DNA of 64,000 bases from Balanoglossus misakiensis. Taxonomy: Eukaryota; Animalia; Hemichordata. The notes beneath the pieces are model-generated. The model did no database searches. It worked only from the letters and a program-made list of their open reading frames with translations, and was not told the origin of the DNA. Location: assembly GCA_040954595.2 (NCBI GenBank), contig CM082589.2, forward strand, positions 8,878,894 through 8,942,893, in the 5' to 3' direction. Both the position numbers and the translations under genes were made by a program. This document shows, piece by piece, positions 13,721 to 26,717 of this stretch (its first letter is position 1; the number at the start of each line of letters is the position of its first letter).

Positions 13721-16700
13721 CAGTCGAGAAACTGGGTAGTGAATTTGCATATTTTATCATCGCTGGAGCCTCGCTTTCAAACACGCGGGAGATGCAAACA
13801 TGGCGTTCGCTACCCTCGCCGTTGTCATGTAAACACATTTTTAGAAGTGGTTTATCTCAGTTAAAAACCCCAAAAGAAAAAGAAAAATCAACTTTTCTGG
13901 GGTATTATAAAGTAATTATTGGGATAACGAACAAATCCGTCATTTTTAGCGTCATTTTCTTGCAATTCACGACCTATCTCGGCACCAGTCATTACGGTGA
14001 TTTATCACGCTAAGACGGGCCAACTTTCAGCGAACGGGTACGGGTCAAGGAGGTCGTGAGCCATCACGATATATCAATCACATGATTTGGAAAGTTCAAG
14101 GGTACTTCAGTCCAAATATGGGAGTAGTGCCGCCTTGCAAACGCAAACGACGCAGTGTTGACTGATCCAGGTCACTTACTTCCGGGTTTCGATGTTGCGC
14201 GCGATGTGTATGCGTTGAAGTTAGTCATGCGTACAGGTCTGTAGGTTCCCGGTGTTAATTAAAGCCGCCCGGCCGCGAACCACACGATGTGAGCTAAAGC
14301 CCAACATGCACGACCCAGTCCACCAGGGCTACAATTATTGCGGCTACGGTTATGCGAAATACTGACTCTCCTTGCAAGTCACCGCATATGTTGCATGCCC
14401 CCCCCCCCCCCCCCCGCCACGTACAGCCACACTGAGTTAGTAACATTGGCAAATACATTTGCTAGTTTTACCCAGCAATTTCATCATCACTGTCAAGGTC
14501 CTATCATCAACTTCGAGAACATTTTCTTCTGGTAAATCATATTCTTGTTCATCCTCAATAATTTCTTCTATTTCACAATTTGTGATTTCATTATCATCAT
14601 TATTTGTTTCTTCTTCAATAATTTCATCAGTTTCTGTCTGCAGTTCCCTGCCCTTGTTATTGTATTGTTCACACAGTTCAGGCAATTACAACCTGGGCCA
14701 CACATCATGCCCTTCTTTTTGCATTTACATGTATTATTCCTGCATCCTGTTTTCTTACATTTACACCCTTTTGTGTAAAACATCACACACTTTTGAACCT
14801 TCTCCATATTTTCCACAGAATCCCACAGTATATTTATTTTCCCATTTTCCACATTGTATCCCGAGTTTTCATAAGGAGGAAGTGTAATGTGATGTCGGTG
14901 AGCTTGTGACCAATAACATGGGTTCTCCAACAACCAGTTTGTCCCCAACATGCATTGCATTGCTGTTTTGATTATAATTATTTCATCCAGCTCAGCCTCT
15001 GGATTAAAATTATCAAATTATCTTGACGTTTACATATAATGTTTGATAACCCTGTGTTACTTCAGTGACAATTGTTTTCTTTTCATTTTTCTACTGTGCG
15101 GTACAAAGACATGTAGCACTTTTTACGTAGTGTGCGTGTTTCATCCAGTTTTAATCCAGGATAGTCCCCATGTTCAGTAAAGTGCTCCATTAGTAACTCT
15201 GGATTGTGGGGATATTTTAGAGTAGAAGAGGTCAAGCGTTTATGACAATGGCTAGAAATCTGGTTTTATCATCCACCCTGGTTTTGTGGCAAGAGACATT
15301 TCCACAAATGTGACACGTTTTGTCTTTTTGATGAGGTGCCTGTTCGGTACTACCCTGGGCTTGTGCTTCAAAGTCTTTTTCTACACATATTCTGCAGCTA
15401 TTGCATAGACAACCAGATTGAGATAAATTCATTTCTTTTACAACCAAATCTTTGAAATTGTCTGGCTTATTTACTGTACCCGGTATGTGGTACCATCTTG
15501 GAGTTGATGATATGCTACACTTCTTTTGGGTCCGCATTTTTCTTTGTCAGGGTGAGCCTGCTGACTTAATGGAAGAACTCCTCCAAACCCACTAATATAA
15601 ATGTATAAATGCATCCCCCCTTTTGTTGGTATATTTATTTGTCCGTACAAGGGTTTTCCCTGAAAGAATAATTTGAAGCTATCAGTATTCAAATTTAATT
15701 CCTCAGATATTACATTTTTCAAGGAGCTGACATATGGATCTGTGAGCCGAAAAAAATACTCATGTGAATTTAGATGAACAATTATGTCACATCCACTTGC
15801 AATCTTTTTATCAGATTGAATTGCCTTGAATTTTGATTTGAGTCTACAGAATCTGCTTTGTATGTCACATAACAGGAGTAAGGCTTGACTGCATTGTGAC
15901 AAACGTTTTTTAATCATGGTTTCTGCCATAATAATGGACTTGTCTTTTATAAATTCTTGGTGACGCTTATGGCAATGATGTTTTAGAGGTCCTGACATTT
16001 TGCACACAGACTGCAGCAATTTTTTAAACTCTTGCAGTTGATTACACAGTTTTTATTTGTTTCACTACATTATTTTTTACTTTACTCTTATCCCGCATTT
16101 TTTAATACAAATATTATATCGATGCTCTGCCAGTCGTAAAAATGTGGAAATATGGTACTTGTAAGCTTTGTAATTATTAAATGAAGGCTTGCTAGCACTT
16201 TTAAGCACATTTAAAATATTTGCAACTTTTGTTTTTATTTCAGTTGAGTTTGTATACAGAACCTTGTTTTTTTCCACTTCAGAGCAGGTTTTGTTAATTT
16301 GCAACAGTGCATTTTTACTGACAGAGTTTATGCGTGAACGATGCACCCTCTTTGTCCACAAAGACAAGGATTGACTCCACATACAATCACCATTTTTATG
16401 TGTTTTATGGTTATCTGTAGTACAAACATGTACTTAGTAGTATAACCCTGGAAGCCAACAATGCACCAATAAATCCGAAAAAAATCCACTTCTCTGGTAA
16501 AACAATAGCAAAGTGATAGCTATGTTAATGTGAGACGAAAATATACACGATTTAGTCATACATAAGTCCAAAGAATCATGCGTGGATGCACCTCAGTGAC
16601 ACAATCACGATCCGATGAGAGAGTAAACAATCAGCCGCCATATTGGATTTTGCTGGCGTCGACCACCCAAAACATACTCAAATTCAATGGCCCGAAACTC

Positions 16701-17099
16701 CACTTTGGGAAGCTTGAGCCAAAACGAAACGATATCCGTTCAAAATATAAGATATAAAACTAATACAAAAAGCACACTTGAAACAATTGTATGCTTGCAA
16801 ACGGAAACGACGCAGTGTTTATTTTACCACATTCGCTAGACGTCGCTTACTAATGATATCAGAGATCGAACAGAAATACGATAAATTTTCCACTTTCAAC
16901 ACGATCGGACGATAGGTTACGTCTATCAAACCTGAGGAACGCAGTTTGGTGGCACAAATGTCACCTTTTGGTGTAGAAAAAGACGATTTTCTGAAACTGA
17001 AAAAATACACCAACGGTTCTCCAAGTAATGGTGGCGCTGTTGAAATTCAAAGTAAAATCTCATTAACATATGCAAATTCACTACACAGTTTCTCGACTG
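13721..17099 (-). mobile_element. Academ-like non-autonomous DNA transposon, complete ends (3379 bp)
   Basis: ~32-bp TIRs (cagtcgagaaactgggtagtgaatttgcatat / atatgcaaattcactacacagtttctcgactg) and 4-bp TSD GTAG at 13717-13720 and 17100-17103, with an internal Cys8 remnant. Confidence 0.85.
14437..16382 (-). pseudogene. Second copy of the fragmented transposase remnant (UBL, Zn fingers, Cys8, acidic tail)
   Basis: ORFs identical to those at 9440-11385 shifted by 4997. Confidence 0.7.
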
Positions 17100-18056
17100 G
17101 TAGCTCATACCCAACTTGACAGACTCCTTTGTTTACACTTCGGAGCCAAAAAGGTAGGTGCGGGGGGGGGGGGGGTGTACATTGATGCACGTGGGGATAT
17201 GAGAAACAAAATACTTTTTTACAAGAAAAATCTATGCCGTCTCTCTGCCTGTATGATTCTACTACAAGCTCTCATAGAAACATGATTATGCAATTAGTTT
17301 GCAAGACTGTATGGAAGAATATCCTGAACTCAACATTAAAGTGAAGGGGTCGTCGCGCCGCGTTTGTTTATAAACATTACAATTCATCCACAACAAATTA
17401 GATCATTCTTAGAATGAACGAAGCAGCCAACTGTAGTGTACACTGGGCATGGCAGCAACTGAAGATCCTAGTAGGTGGTAGCGACTGCAGTGGGGTTTGC
17501 ACTGGTATAGGACACAGTACATTATTTTACCCACAATTCTCCATGATTTGTATCATCGAAGGTTGCCCATTTAGTAACTTTTTCTGTTTTAGATACTAAC
17601 AATGATATGAAGTACATATGGATTTATTTATTTTTATCTAGAAAAAGTATGATTAGGAATTAGAGTGAAAATTTCAACATCAAAATTTAAAAGCCATAGG
17701 AATCAAAGTATCCATGTACTGCAAATGTCACACTTTGGAGGAAACAAGCAATGACTAACTGAGGTGGCCAGTGTCTGTTGAAAGTTAACATGTAAATTTC
17801 CATTGTTCTGTCAATAGAAAAAAATCAGTATCCTTTTGTTTGATTAAACAGGTGTTTGAAGTGTCCCTGTTTTACTTCAAACTTTTTTGTATGGCTGGCT
17901 ATGCAATTGCTTGATTATTTTATAAAATTCATATCTCCTCTCTCAATAATGCATATTTTTAAAAATAGCGTCAAGGACACTGTGGTCCCATTTGAGGATT
18001 ATGCGGAAACAGTGACACACCAGAATAAGAAATTACAGGTGACATTGCAAGCAGAT

Positions 18057-18940
18057 CTGCAAGCAGCAATAGCGGGCCCAAGCCAACATAGCACATAGCA
18101 ACATAGCAATAAGCATATCTGCTCTGGATGCCAAGATATGGAAAAGTAGGTCAAAGGTCACCTGAGGTTATGCAATATTTGGGCAAGAAATTTTGACCCT
18201 ATACTGGTCCATGTTCAACAAAAACCAAACCTATAGCCCTATTGGTTAGCCTGGAATTAGGTATGCACATAATTAATGATATATGCAGGTGTCACAGGTG
18301 ACAAATATACTGGTCCATGTTCAACAAAAACCAAACCTATAGCCCTATTGGTTAGCCTGGAATTAGGTATGCACATAATTAATGAGATATGCAGGTGTCA
18401 CAGGTGACCCCAAATTTTGGCTTTTCAATTGTAGTCCCAACCCTCCAAACGCCAAGTCTGTACCTGCTCTGGATGCCAAGATATGATAAAGTAGGTCAAA
18501 GGTCACCTGAGGTCACCCAAAATTTGGGCAAGAAATTTTGACCCTATACTGGTCCATGTTCAACAAAAACCAAACCTATAGCCCTATTGGTTAGCCTGGA
18601 ATTAGGTATGCACATAATAAATGAGATATGCAGGTGTCACAGGTGACCAATATTTTGGCTTTTCAATTTTAGTCCCAACCCTCCAAACGCCAAGTCTGTA
18701 CCTGCTCTGGATGCCGAGATATAGGAAAGTAGGTCAAAGGTCGCCTGAGGTCACCAAAAATTTGGGCAAGACATTTTGACCCTATACTGGTCCATGTCCC
18801 ACAAGAACGAAACCTCTAGCCCTATTAGTTAGCCCGGAATTAGGTATGCACATAATTAATGTGTTAAGCAGGTGTTACAGGTGAGCCCAAAATTTTGCCT
18901 TTTATTTTGGCCCCATTGTGCTCACTGACCAATAGACAGT
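18057..18940 (-). mobile_element. 3' part of a Helentron-family element (inverted relative of the 33-64 kb cluster)
   Basis: Reverse complement of 18057-18083 reads gcttgggcccgctattgctgcttgcag, the cluster's 3' subTIR plus stem-loop. 18110-18900 consists of inverted copies of the gacctttgacctac / ggacatggaccagta subrepeats; 18901-18938 resembles 36041-36076 inverted. Confidence 0.8.
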
Positions 18941-19019
18941 CACTGTACAGGACTATTGCACAGACCAGAATTCCACAATAAGACGTGGACATAGCTTAAC
19001 CATAGAGGTATAAGTAAAG

Positions 19020-19437
19020 GTATAAATTTAATAAAAAGACTAAAAAATTCATAAAAAATAAAACATCCATGATATTAACTTAACACTTACAGGTCGATGT
19101 GAGGTTGACATATGGTACATGCATACCAATTTTTAAAGCAATCTGACGAGTAGTTGTTGACTTTCAGAGTTTTGATAAATTTCACATTTTTCCAGCTAAT
19201 TTGCATATTTTTGGGCCTGGCAACTTCGTTTGGACAAACTCCCATCTACAGCCCAGCCTGCACCTACACACCAAATATTGAGGTGATACGCGCAGCGGTT
19301 TTCAAGTTTTTGATGTGGACGGACATACAGACATACATACATCCATCCATTCACCCATCCATCCATACATACATACAGACGCAACCGATCCCATAAGGTC
19401 CCATGGTATATATGCCTATACCAATGGGACCTAAAAA
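19020..19437 (-). mobile_element. 5' part of a different DINE/HINE-like element (hairpin head plus tetranucleotide microsatellite); left boundary uncertain
   Basis: Minus strand reads ttttt-aggtcccattggtata...tataccatgggacct (hairpin 19396-19432) followed by a (gtat/ggat)n microsatellite at ~19316-19380, the usual DINE-1/HINE layout. Confidence 0.6.
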
Positions 19438-19920
19438 TGATTTGAAATGGTAATTGACAATAAAATTTGCCTTAAAAGTACGATCTCAAATTTTGTATTA
19501 GTGGTCTACAATTCTCTGTACACATGTGAACTATGCCCGGTTTGTCGAGAAATCTCTGAGCGTACAAATCAGAATGAATCATGGGATATTTCTAGTACTG
19601 TGTAGGAGGGCATATTCTCATCAAGGGGGACACCCTCGCGGCGCGACGACCCCTTCCCTACTGTTGCTGAAAAATACTTGTATATGAAAGTTGAAACAGT
19701 GATAGTTGCACATGAGGTATCTGATATGGCATTAACATAACATAACAAAATAAAGTTTTGAATGTTCCTTGCAATCTGCAATTGCATGAAAATATTCTCT
19801 GTACTGTTAATAAAGTATAATGTCTGCTCCTAATTCTACAAAATGTGTCATACTAAAATGTTATCATTAGTGACACTATGACAAATAATAAAATATCATA
19901 CTCTCCCCTTATGTATTTCA

Positions 19921-22469
19921 GGTCCGTGGCTAATTGCGGCCAAGTAGTCCTGTTTCATAAGTCAGGTCCATGACATATGTACCGACATCTGTGATTGGTC
20001 CATCTGGTAATCTTAGGTCCACTTGCGGCACGCTGATTGGAGGGACCTTATGTGTTAGGTCTTATTATTATGTATTATTCACTAGACCTTGTAGGTTAGG
20101 TCCTATTAATATGTATTTATTCAATTTTCAGCTTCCTGATTGGTTAATGTGTAGGTCTCCAGTTTTCGCTGCCTCGTTATGCAAAGTCTTTTGTACTTTC
20201 TGAATACAGATGTCGTATTGTGTCTGGCATGCTGCCTGCGCGTGGTCGAAGCTCGATCCCAATGTATAAAGAAAGGCACTCATATAATGATTGGATTTCA
20301 CATTTTCCTTCACACTATTCATGGCATTTTATGTGATACTGTGAACTAGATACTCGAAATAAATATTGCCAGGAGAATTTTTTATTTTATTTCCAGTGCA
20401 TGCAGTGGCGGTTTGTTGAAATGGGCTAGTGTTTTGTTACGTAATGCCTTTCAGCGCGTCACTTCGTGTAACACCTGGCTGAATACGAAGTCTGTGCTAT
20501 TCCATCGAGCAAACCAAATAAATCTTAGAAGAGAAATGCTTTGGGACACATCATTATTTTCAAGTATGATTACTTTTTAATTTAACTTCGTTCACGAAGC
20601 TGCACCGTCATAGTTCCCTAACTTTTTATGAAAACAATATACGAATGTATAAATGGACAACGTGCTCTTTATCACAACATCTTCGTAAAAACAAATTTAC
20701 ATTAAAATAGTAATAACAATAATAATAATATTGATGATGAGAAGTAGGAGGGTGATTACAAAAATAGTAGTATTATACCAACTGTTAGCTAAAATGCTTA
20801 GATGAGTTAATCAGATTTTCAAAGTCATTTAATCTTTCCAGGGTGCGGTTCATGTTGGAGATAATATACGTCAGGCTATTTCTTAGAAAAGCAATGAACG
20901 ATCTGCGGACATCCCGAATAATGTGTTACCACAACGCTAGCCAGGAAGCACATGGGACATTTCACAATGAGGCAGTGAACACTGGGAGACCAGACTGACA
21001 CGTTAACCAATCAGGGGGCTGTATGGTGAATAAATACATATTAATAAGACCTAACCTACAAGGTCCTGCATAATGAGGCAGTGAACGCTGGAGGACCAGA
21101 CCTACACATTAACCAATCGGGGAGCTGTAAAGTGAATAATGCATAGTAATAAGACCTAACCTACAAGGTCTGGTGAATAATACATAGTAATAAGACCTAA
21201 CACATAAGGTCCCTCCAATCAGCGAGCCGCAAGTGGACCTTAGAGAAGCGGATAAACCAATCAGAACATGTAATACGTGTGCAAAGGACCTGTAATGTAG
21301 GTCATTTTGAAACAGGACTAGTGAAACGCCTATCTGTAATCCAGACCAACCGATTCCTTATTTGACGTTGTTTCCGTCTGTTTCGAATACCGAACCACTA
21401 TAACGTATTCACTTTCTAAAATGTCGAGTGAATCTACAAGTTGTCATTTGGGAGTTGATATTGTATTTCGTTTTTCGATTTTCGAAAATTGAATTACAAA
21501 CAGGGTTTCACAGTTCTACCAATCGTGTGTTCTTTTACTGGAAAGTTAGGGAGCTAGCTATTAACCATTGCTACATTGTTACATTTTGTTCTGTTTTGAG
21601 GGAAAACACCCGACGCGACGTTCTTTTTGGCCCAATACATCTTCAACCAAATACATTGACGACGCATCAACACATTTCCCGACAGCATGTTCAGTTGAAC
21701 CACTGTAACCGGCGTTTTTAGTTCATAAATTTCATCGCATACACGGATGCGGATCGACATTTTCCGTTCAATTCAGTGCACGTAACCTTGAATGCCAGTA
21801 CACTAGCCTTGCCATGCGAACTAAAACAAGTTTGCTTGAACTTCTACAACTAATTAAATATTAATGAAAAGTAAAACAATTAACTAATGAGATACTGGGA
21901 CATAATTCAAGAAACGCCTATGCCTGATTTATGTAAATTGTGCTGCTTTCATAGCGTGGGAACGTCCACTTCTTCACTAATACATGTCCCAAATATAGCA
22001 ATGTGTAAATTTACGGTTAAGGAGATATCGTTGAATATTCATAAAAAGAAAACATTAAGCCAATGGGATTTTAGAATGTAGAGTGAAGGGAGTGTCTATG
22101 ACCTTCATGACATTGATGTATTGATCTTTATTGTCAGAAGGGTCATTGGAACGTCGGATGTATTCCCTTAAAACGTAGCAAAATGTAACAATGTAGCAAG
22201 GGTTAATGGCCAGCTCCCTAACTTTCCAGTAAAAGAACACAGGATTGGTAGAACTGTGAAACCCTTTTTGTAATTCAATTTTCGAAAATCGAAAAACGAA
22301 ATACAATATCAACACCCAAATGCCAACTTGTAGATTCACTCGACATTTTAGAAAGTGAATACGTTATAGTGGTTCGGTATTCGAAACAGACGGAAACAAC
22401 GTCAAATAAGGAATCGGTTGGTCTGGATTACAGATAGGCGTTTCACTTGGCCGCAATTAGCCACGGACC
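19921..22469. mobile_element. Non-autonomous TIR element with 6-bp TSD and two internal fold-back arms (superfamily unassigned)
   Basis: Perfect 25-bp TIR ggtccgtggctaattgcggccaagt; TSD ATTTCA at 19915-19920 and 22470-22475; the empty site tgtatttcagctgtt is present at ~28676-28690. Confidence 0.9.
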
Positions 22470-23768
22470 ATTTCAGCTGTTAATGAAATGATATTCCCAT
22501 CCCTATCTTTGTACTGGTACTACGCTATAAGTAAACTGTTACACTTATCCCAAGCATAGTACTGGTATTATAACTGGTAGTCCAATGCCATGCCCATCCC
22601 CTTGCTGTGTTAATTGATAATAAAGTGTCATACCCTCCCCTTGTTCTGTACTGTTGCTGTTAATAAAATGTTATGACAATCCCTCATTGTACTACATGTA
22701 ATACTTAACTGTAAGTACAATATCATGCACATCCCCTGCTTTTTAGTAAAATGCCATGCCTTCCCCTAGTTCTGTACTATAACTGTTAGTCAAATGTCAT
22801 GTCCAACACTCACTTTGTACTATAAGTTACCAATAATAAAAATGTCATGCCCTCCCTGCTTCTCTATACAGTCTGATCTCAGCCTATTAAAATTCGCCTA
22901 AACCTTACAACAGAGAGCCTCGTTTTCACTTCTATCCAATATGGCGGCCTACCGAAAACTTGAAACCTGCATGCTGGCATGAAAAGAGGTGTACACGCTT
23001 TAATTTTGGATGACAAGGTGCGTTTTCCATCAATTATTGTCTAAATGGATGTTATCTTACGCTTTATGACGCTCGTTTTAGCTGTAATAAATTATTTTGA
23101 AACCCTGCATACTGGCGATGTGGCAGTGACTCGATCGTACGATGTTATGCATGTGAATGCTAATGTTTGAGAAGCGATACAGAAATTAGAGGGTCTTGAG
23201 CAGAGGCGTAAATACGGTTTTTCACAGGGTCTATGTATTAGCTATAACAGTGCCAAGTTTGGTTTGCCTACGGTGAAGCACATTGACGCGGGGCAGTGTT
23301 GAATGTGACCTCTCAAGCAACATACTATATGTATAGGACCTCCGTAAGGGTGTTTCGATTGCGTAACACGGAAACTCGGCAGATCAAATCACAGTCCCCG
23401 GGAGTCTGCCGGGACTTTACACTGAACATAACATTGCAGATGAGTTATGAGACAATCAATGCTCGATAACAGCCTAGGTTTTGACAATGGATATTAGTGT
23501 GTTTTAGAGATTAACCCGGATAAGTGGCGGTCTGCATAGACAGTATGTACATAGTATGCATAGTGGTGACTGTGAGGTTAATCTGACAATGAAATCATGG
23601 TTACTACAACAGACTACACTGGTCCAACTCTCCTTTTTTCTGACATTGATTGGTAATTTGGCAATTTTTAAAAACATTTTTGTTGTTCTTTTTGATTATT
23701 TCAAATTTAAGAATTTTATGTATATTTTTTCAATCAATAAAATTATTGCCAGCCTTATAATTCTACAT

Positions 23769-24029
23769 TTAGTTTTCTAACTCCATATCTGAATAATCAC
23801 TGTAATTATTTGTATCATTTTCATATGCATTTGTTGTACTCTCTTGTAAATCTTCCTCAGGTAATTGGTATTCCTGTTCTACCTCTTCTATCTCTAGTAT
23901 GTCAAACGTTTCAAAAGTATCCACCATTTCTTCATTCATAATCATTTCTAGAATCGAATCATCTTCACTTACTCTGTCAATATAACTTCTACTGGTGTTT
24001 TCACCACTTCTAGTGTTTTCACAGTTTGT
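23769..24029 (-). pseudogene. C-terminal transposase remnant (TNCEN plus acidic tail)
   Basis: Manual translation of the minus strand: TNCENTRSGE...DILEIEEVEQEYQLPEEDLQES...MELEN*. This parallels LNCVN...EIEEIIEDEQEYDLPEE in the first element. Not in the ORF track (no start codon). Confidence 0.65.
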
Positions 24030-24879
24030 TATGTATAGTGGTCTTTATGGAGTTTAGAATGTTATTCCTTCCATCCGTGGCATTTGCCATAGACCTCAGC
24101 AGTCTATTTAAAACCAACAAACTATCTCTACTCTTGGAGGAAAACACAAACGACCCCTTTCTCACCATTATGAAAAGCTTCACAAAGACAAAGTATGTTG
24201 CAGTTAAAAGACTGAAAATGACTATAGAAAAATATGACTTGCATAGACAGACTGATAAATGCCCAATCAGTTACTATGCCCAGACTGGACAAAAGCCTTT
24301 CACTGTCACTCTGCACTGACAGCCCAGACAAATGCCAGTTCACACACACACACCCTGAAAAGACTAGACTAAATATCAGTTCACAAAAACTCTGCACAGT
24401 GCAGACTAGACAATTGTCAGTCAAACTAAAACCACACAGACTTCTCCTACACAGACTGGAAAATACCTGTTCAGTAATACTCAAACAATAACAGTTAATG
24501 AAATTTACCTTTTTAATTTTTATTGTCAAATAAATACAATATAATATATAAAAGGTAACAACTGAGGAAAGCAAGATTAATAAAGGAAACTCCTGAATGC
24601 AAAAAAGTGTGAGAACTGGCCACCAACCACACTAAAGGCAGACTCACTAAACGTAAAACACCGATCGATCAGCACACTGACGCACTTCTTTCTTCGTTGT
24701 CTCCTGAAAGACAAAGAAACAAACTGTTAGGCGTACGATAATTATTGGTGAAGTTCTCAACAAGAGATTTGAGAAACACTTGCTCCGGCTTCCACACACA
24801 CACGACACTGCTGCAACAGTGCACGCCAAGCAAGGAATGATGCTGCCCAGGAAACTTTTCCTCCGGCGCGCTTACTTAA

Positions 24880-26717
24880 AGTCCATGTCCTGTCACATTT
24901 TGCTCCGTTTTGTTGTCATTACTCATTTGTATCCGAGTTATCGCTGTTTCTATTATTGTTACAGAGAAATAAAATATTACAATACAAACTAGTATATATA
25001 TTGGTATTAAATATCAAATATGGATGTAAATATATTGCGCCAATCTTTAAAAAAACGCCCGAAAAGTTATAGTGTGTGCAGAAAATCAGCGCGAATTTTC
25101 CGGAAATTGCCGAGTACGCGCCGTTTTCACCCCATACACCTGTGACGTCACTAGTGGAACACATAAACAAACATGTCTGCCATTCGTACGGCGCGGTGCC
25201 TGCGGTGGTGCACGATTTTGAAAGTGAAACCGATGACTGGGGCTGCATGACTTGTGATGCCAGAAGTGACAGCGAAGGTGGTGATATTGACCAACTTGTA
25301 GAGGCTATCGTAATGTCTAGCCAATATCATTACACATTTTCTAGAACATCGACACGTCACTATGTTCGAAGTGCTAGTGCTGCACAGCTGAGCGATATTC
25401 AGTCGCATCAAACAGTCGACACACGCTAAAATTTAAAATTGTGTGCATATTTAGTTAGAATGGAAATCACTCGGCAAAATGTTGATATTTATACAGCAGC
25501 AATTTGTGAATGTTGGCAATGTGTACTGTATCGTGCCATCGTGACTTGCCGTGCCGTTTTTGTTTTATGTTGACAACATTTACCACCCAATCCCATGGCC
25601 ATGCAGTGTTATGCACATGTGCGACGTGGTGAAAGTCTAATCGTTGCAAGAGAAAAGTAAATAGACCCAAAAATATCTAGACAGTATTTAACTGGTTGTG
25701 TAAATATGTCAAATATTTCATCTAGTGACGATTGGCAAATTAAAAATCATAGATTCGGCACCGTTAGCAACCGAACGCATCCATAGCACAGCCAAGGCCT
25801 CAATCATCAATGGCGTTTGTTGGAAGCGAGCGTTTTCACCAGCGGACTTGCGTAAACCATGCGTAAACCAATGGAGGAGGTAAATTAAAACACAAAGGAC
25901 CAAAACCCACATACATGTAATCGGTGTTTTTTAATAAATTGATTTAATAAAATGTCTTAGCACGGTAGTTGTTGCTGTTTTTATACGTATCCTAAATACG
26001 AACAACTTCCGAGCAGCTAGCAGTTGACCTAGTGTTTAGGGTTCACCCGTAAATATCTGACATTTCTGAATGCGACGACGCGTCGTAGTACATGTACTAG
26101 CTTCCAAACACGGCCATGTTTGGAATTTGGAAGCGGGTTGCTGCATTTGTGGGGAAAATAAATCGTTGGTATTTACTGTTTATGTGATTTTAAGGAGGGT
26201 ACGGCACCTGGAACTAAATCCAGCCTCGTCCTATAACCTGCTGACCATTGTACGTATCAAACGAAGTGATCTGGCGCGCACAAGTGTGCACCACAAATGA
26301 TACCTGTCTCGCATTTTATTCAGTCAGTACGCCTAGTAACCCGTTTCAAAGCTACTCCTGGGTCACTGGGAAAGCTCTTCATCGATATACCGTCGTTAAA
26401 TTCATGTTGCTACACCCACCAACAACACCGTATTTCACAATTTTTGAAGTAGACGCCGGCGTTCAATGCACAACGCAAGTCATGATATTCTTTTGTGTTC
26501 CACTAGTGACGTCATTTTCCCATTAGGGACGCGCGACATCCGAAACTTCACGATCAGCGGCATACCACAAAAGTCACCCCAAAATTACGTTTTTTTCTGT
26601 TAAAAAACACATTTTTGAAAGATTTGTTTTGCCCTTTTCCAGGAAAAATAGTATGCTTGGACATGACATCGTTTATTCCTGTTTAAATTAATGTAAAATT
26701 TTGCCAGGACCTGGACT
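24880..26717. mobile_element. Kolobok-like non-autonomous element (TTAA TSD, AG..CT termini) nested in the second Academ-like element
   Basis: ttaa|agtccatgtcctg ... caggacctggact|ttaa, plus a perfect 21-bp internal inverted repeat tgacgtcactagtggaacaca (25143-25163 / 26494-26514). Confidence 0.72.

Larger units (their letters stand above)
7077..17069. repeat. Tandem segmental duplication, two ~5.0-kb units (7077-12072 and 12073-17069)
   Basis: All ORFs recur at +4996/+4997. The junction at 12072/12073 (cattaacat|tattggcacaaac) joins transposon sequence to the satellite variant ttattggc seen at 7076. Only about three differences were noticed (near 8058/13054, +a near 13270, near 11854/16851). 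Confidence 0.96.

Noticed and set aside
13721-17099. RAG-like/Transib transposon
   Set aside because: Termini are CAG not CAC, the TSD is 4 bp not 5 bp, and there are no RAG1-core motifs; the Cys8 tail fits Academ better.
21428-22339. Pair of similar ~95-aa ORFs on opposite strands
   Set aside because: By-product of the arm B inverted repeat; no recognisable domain and GTG starts.
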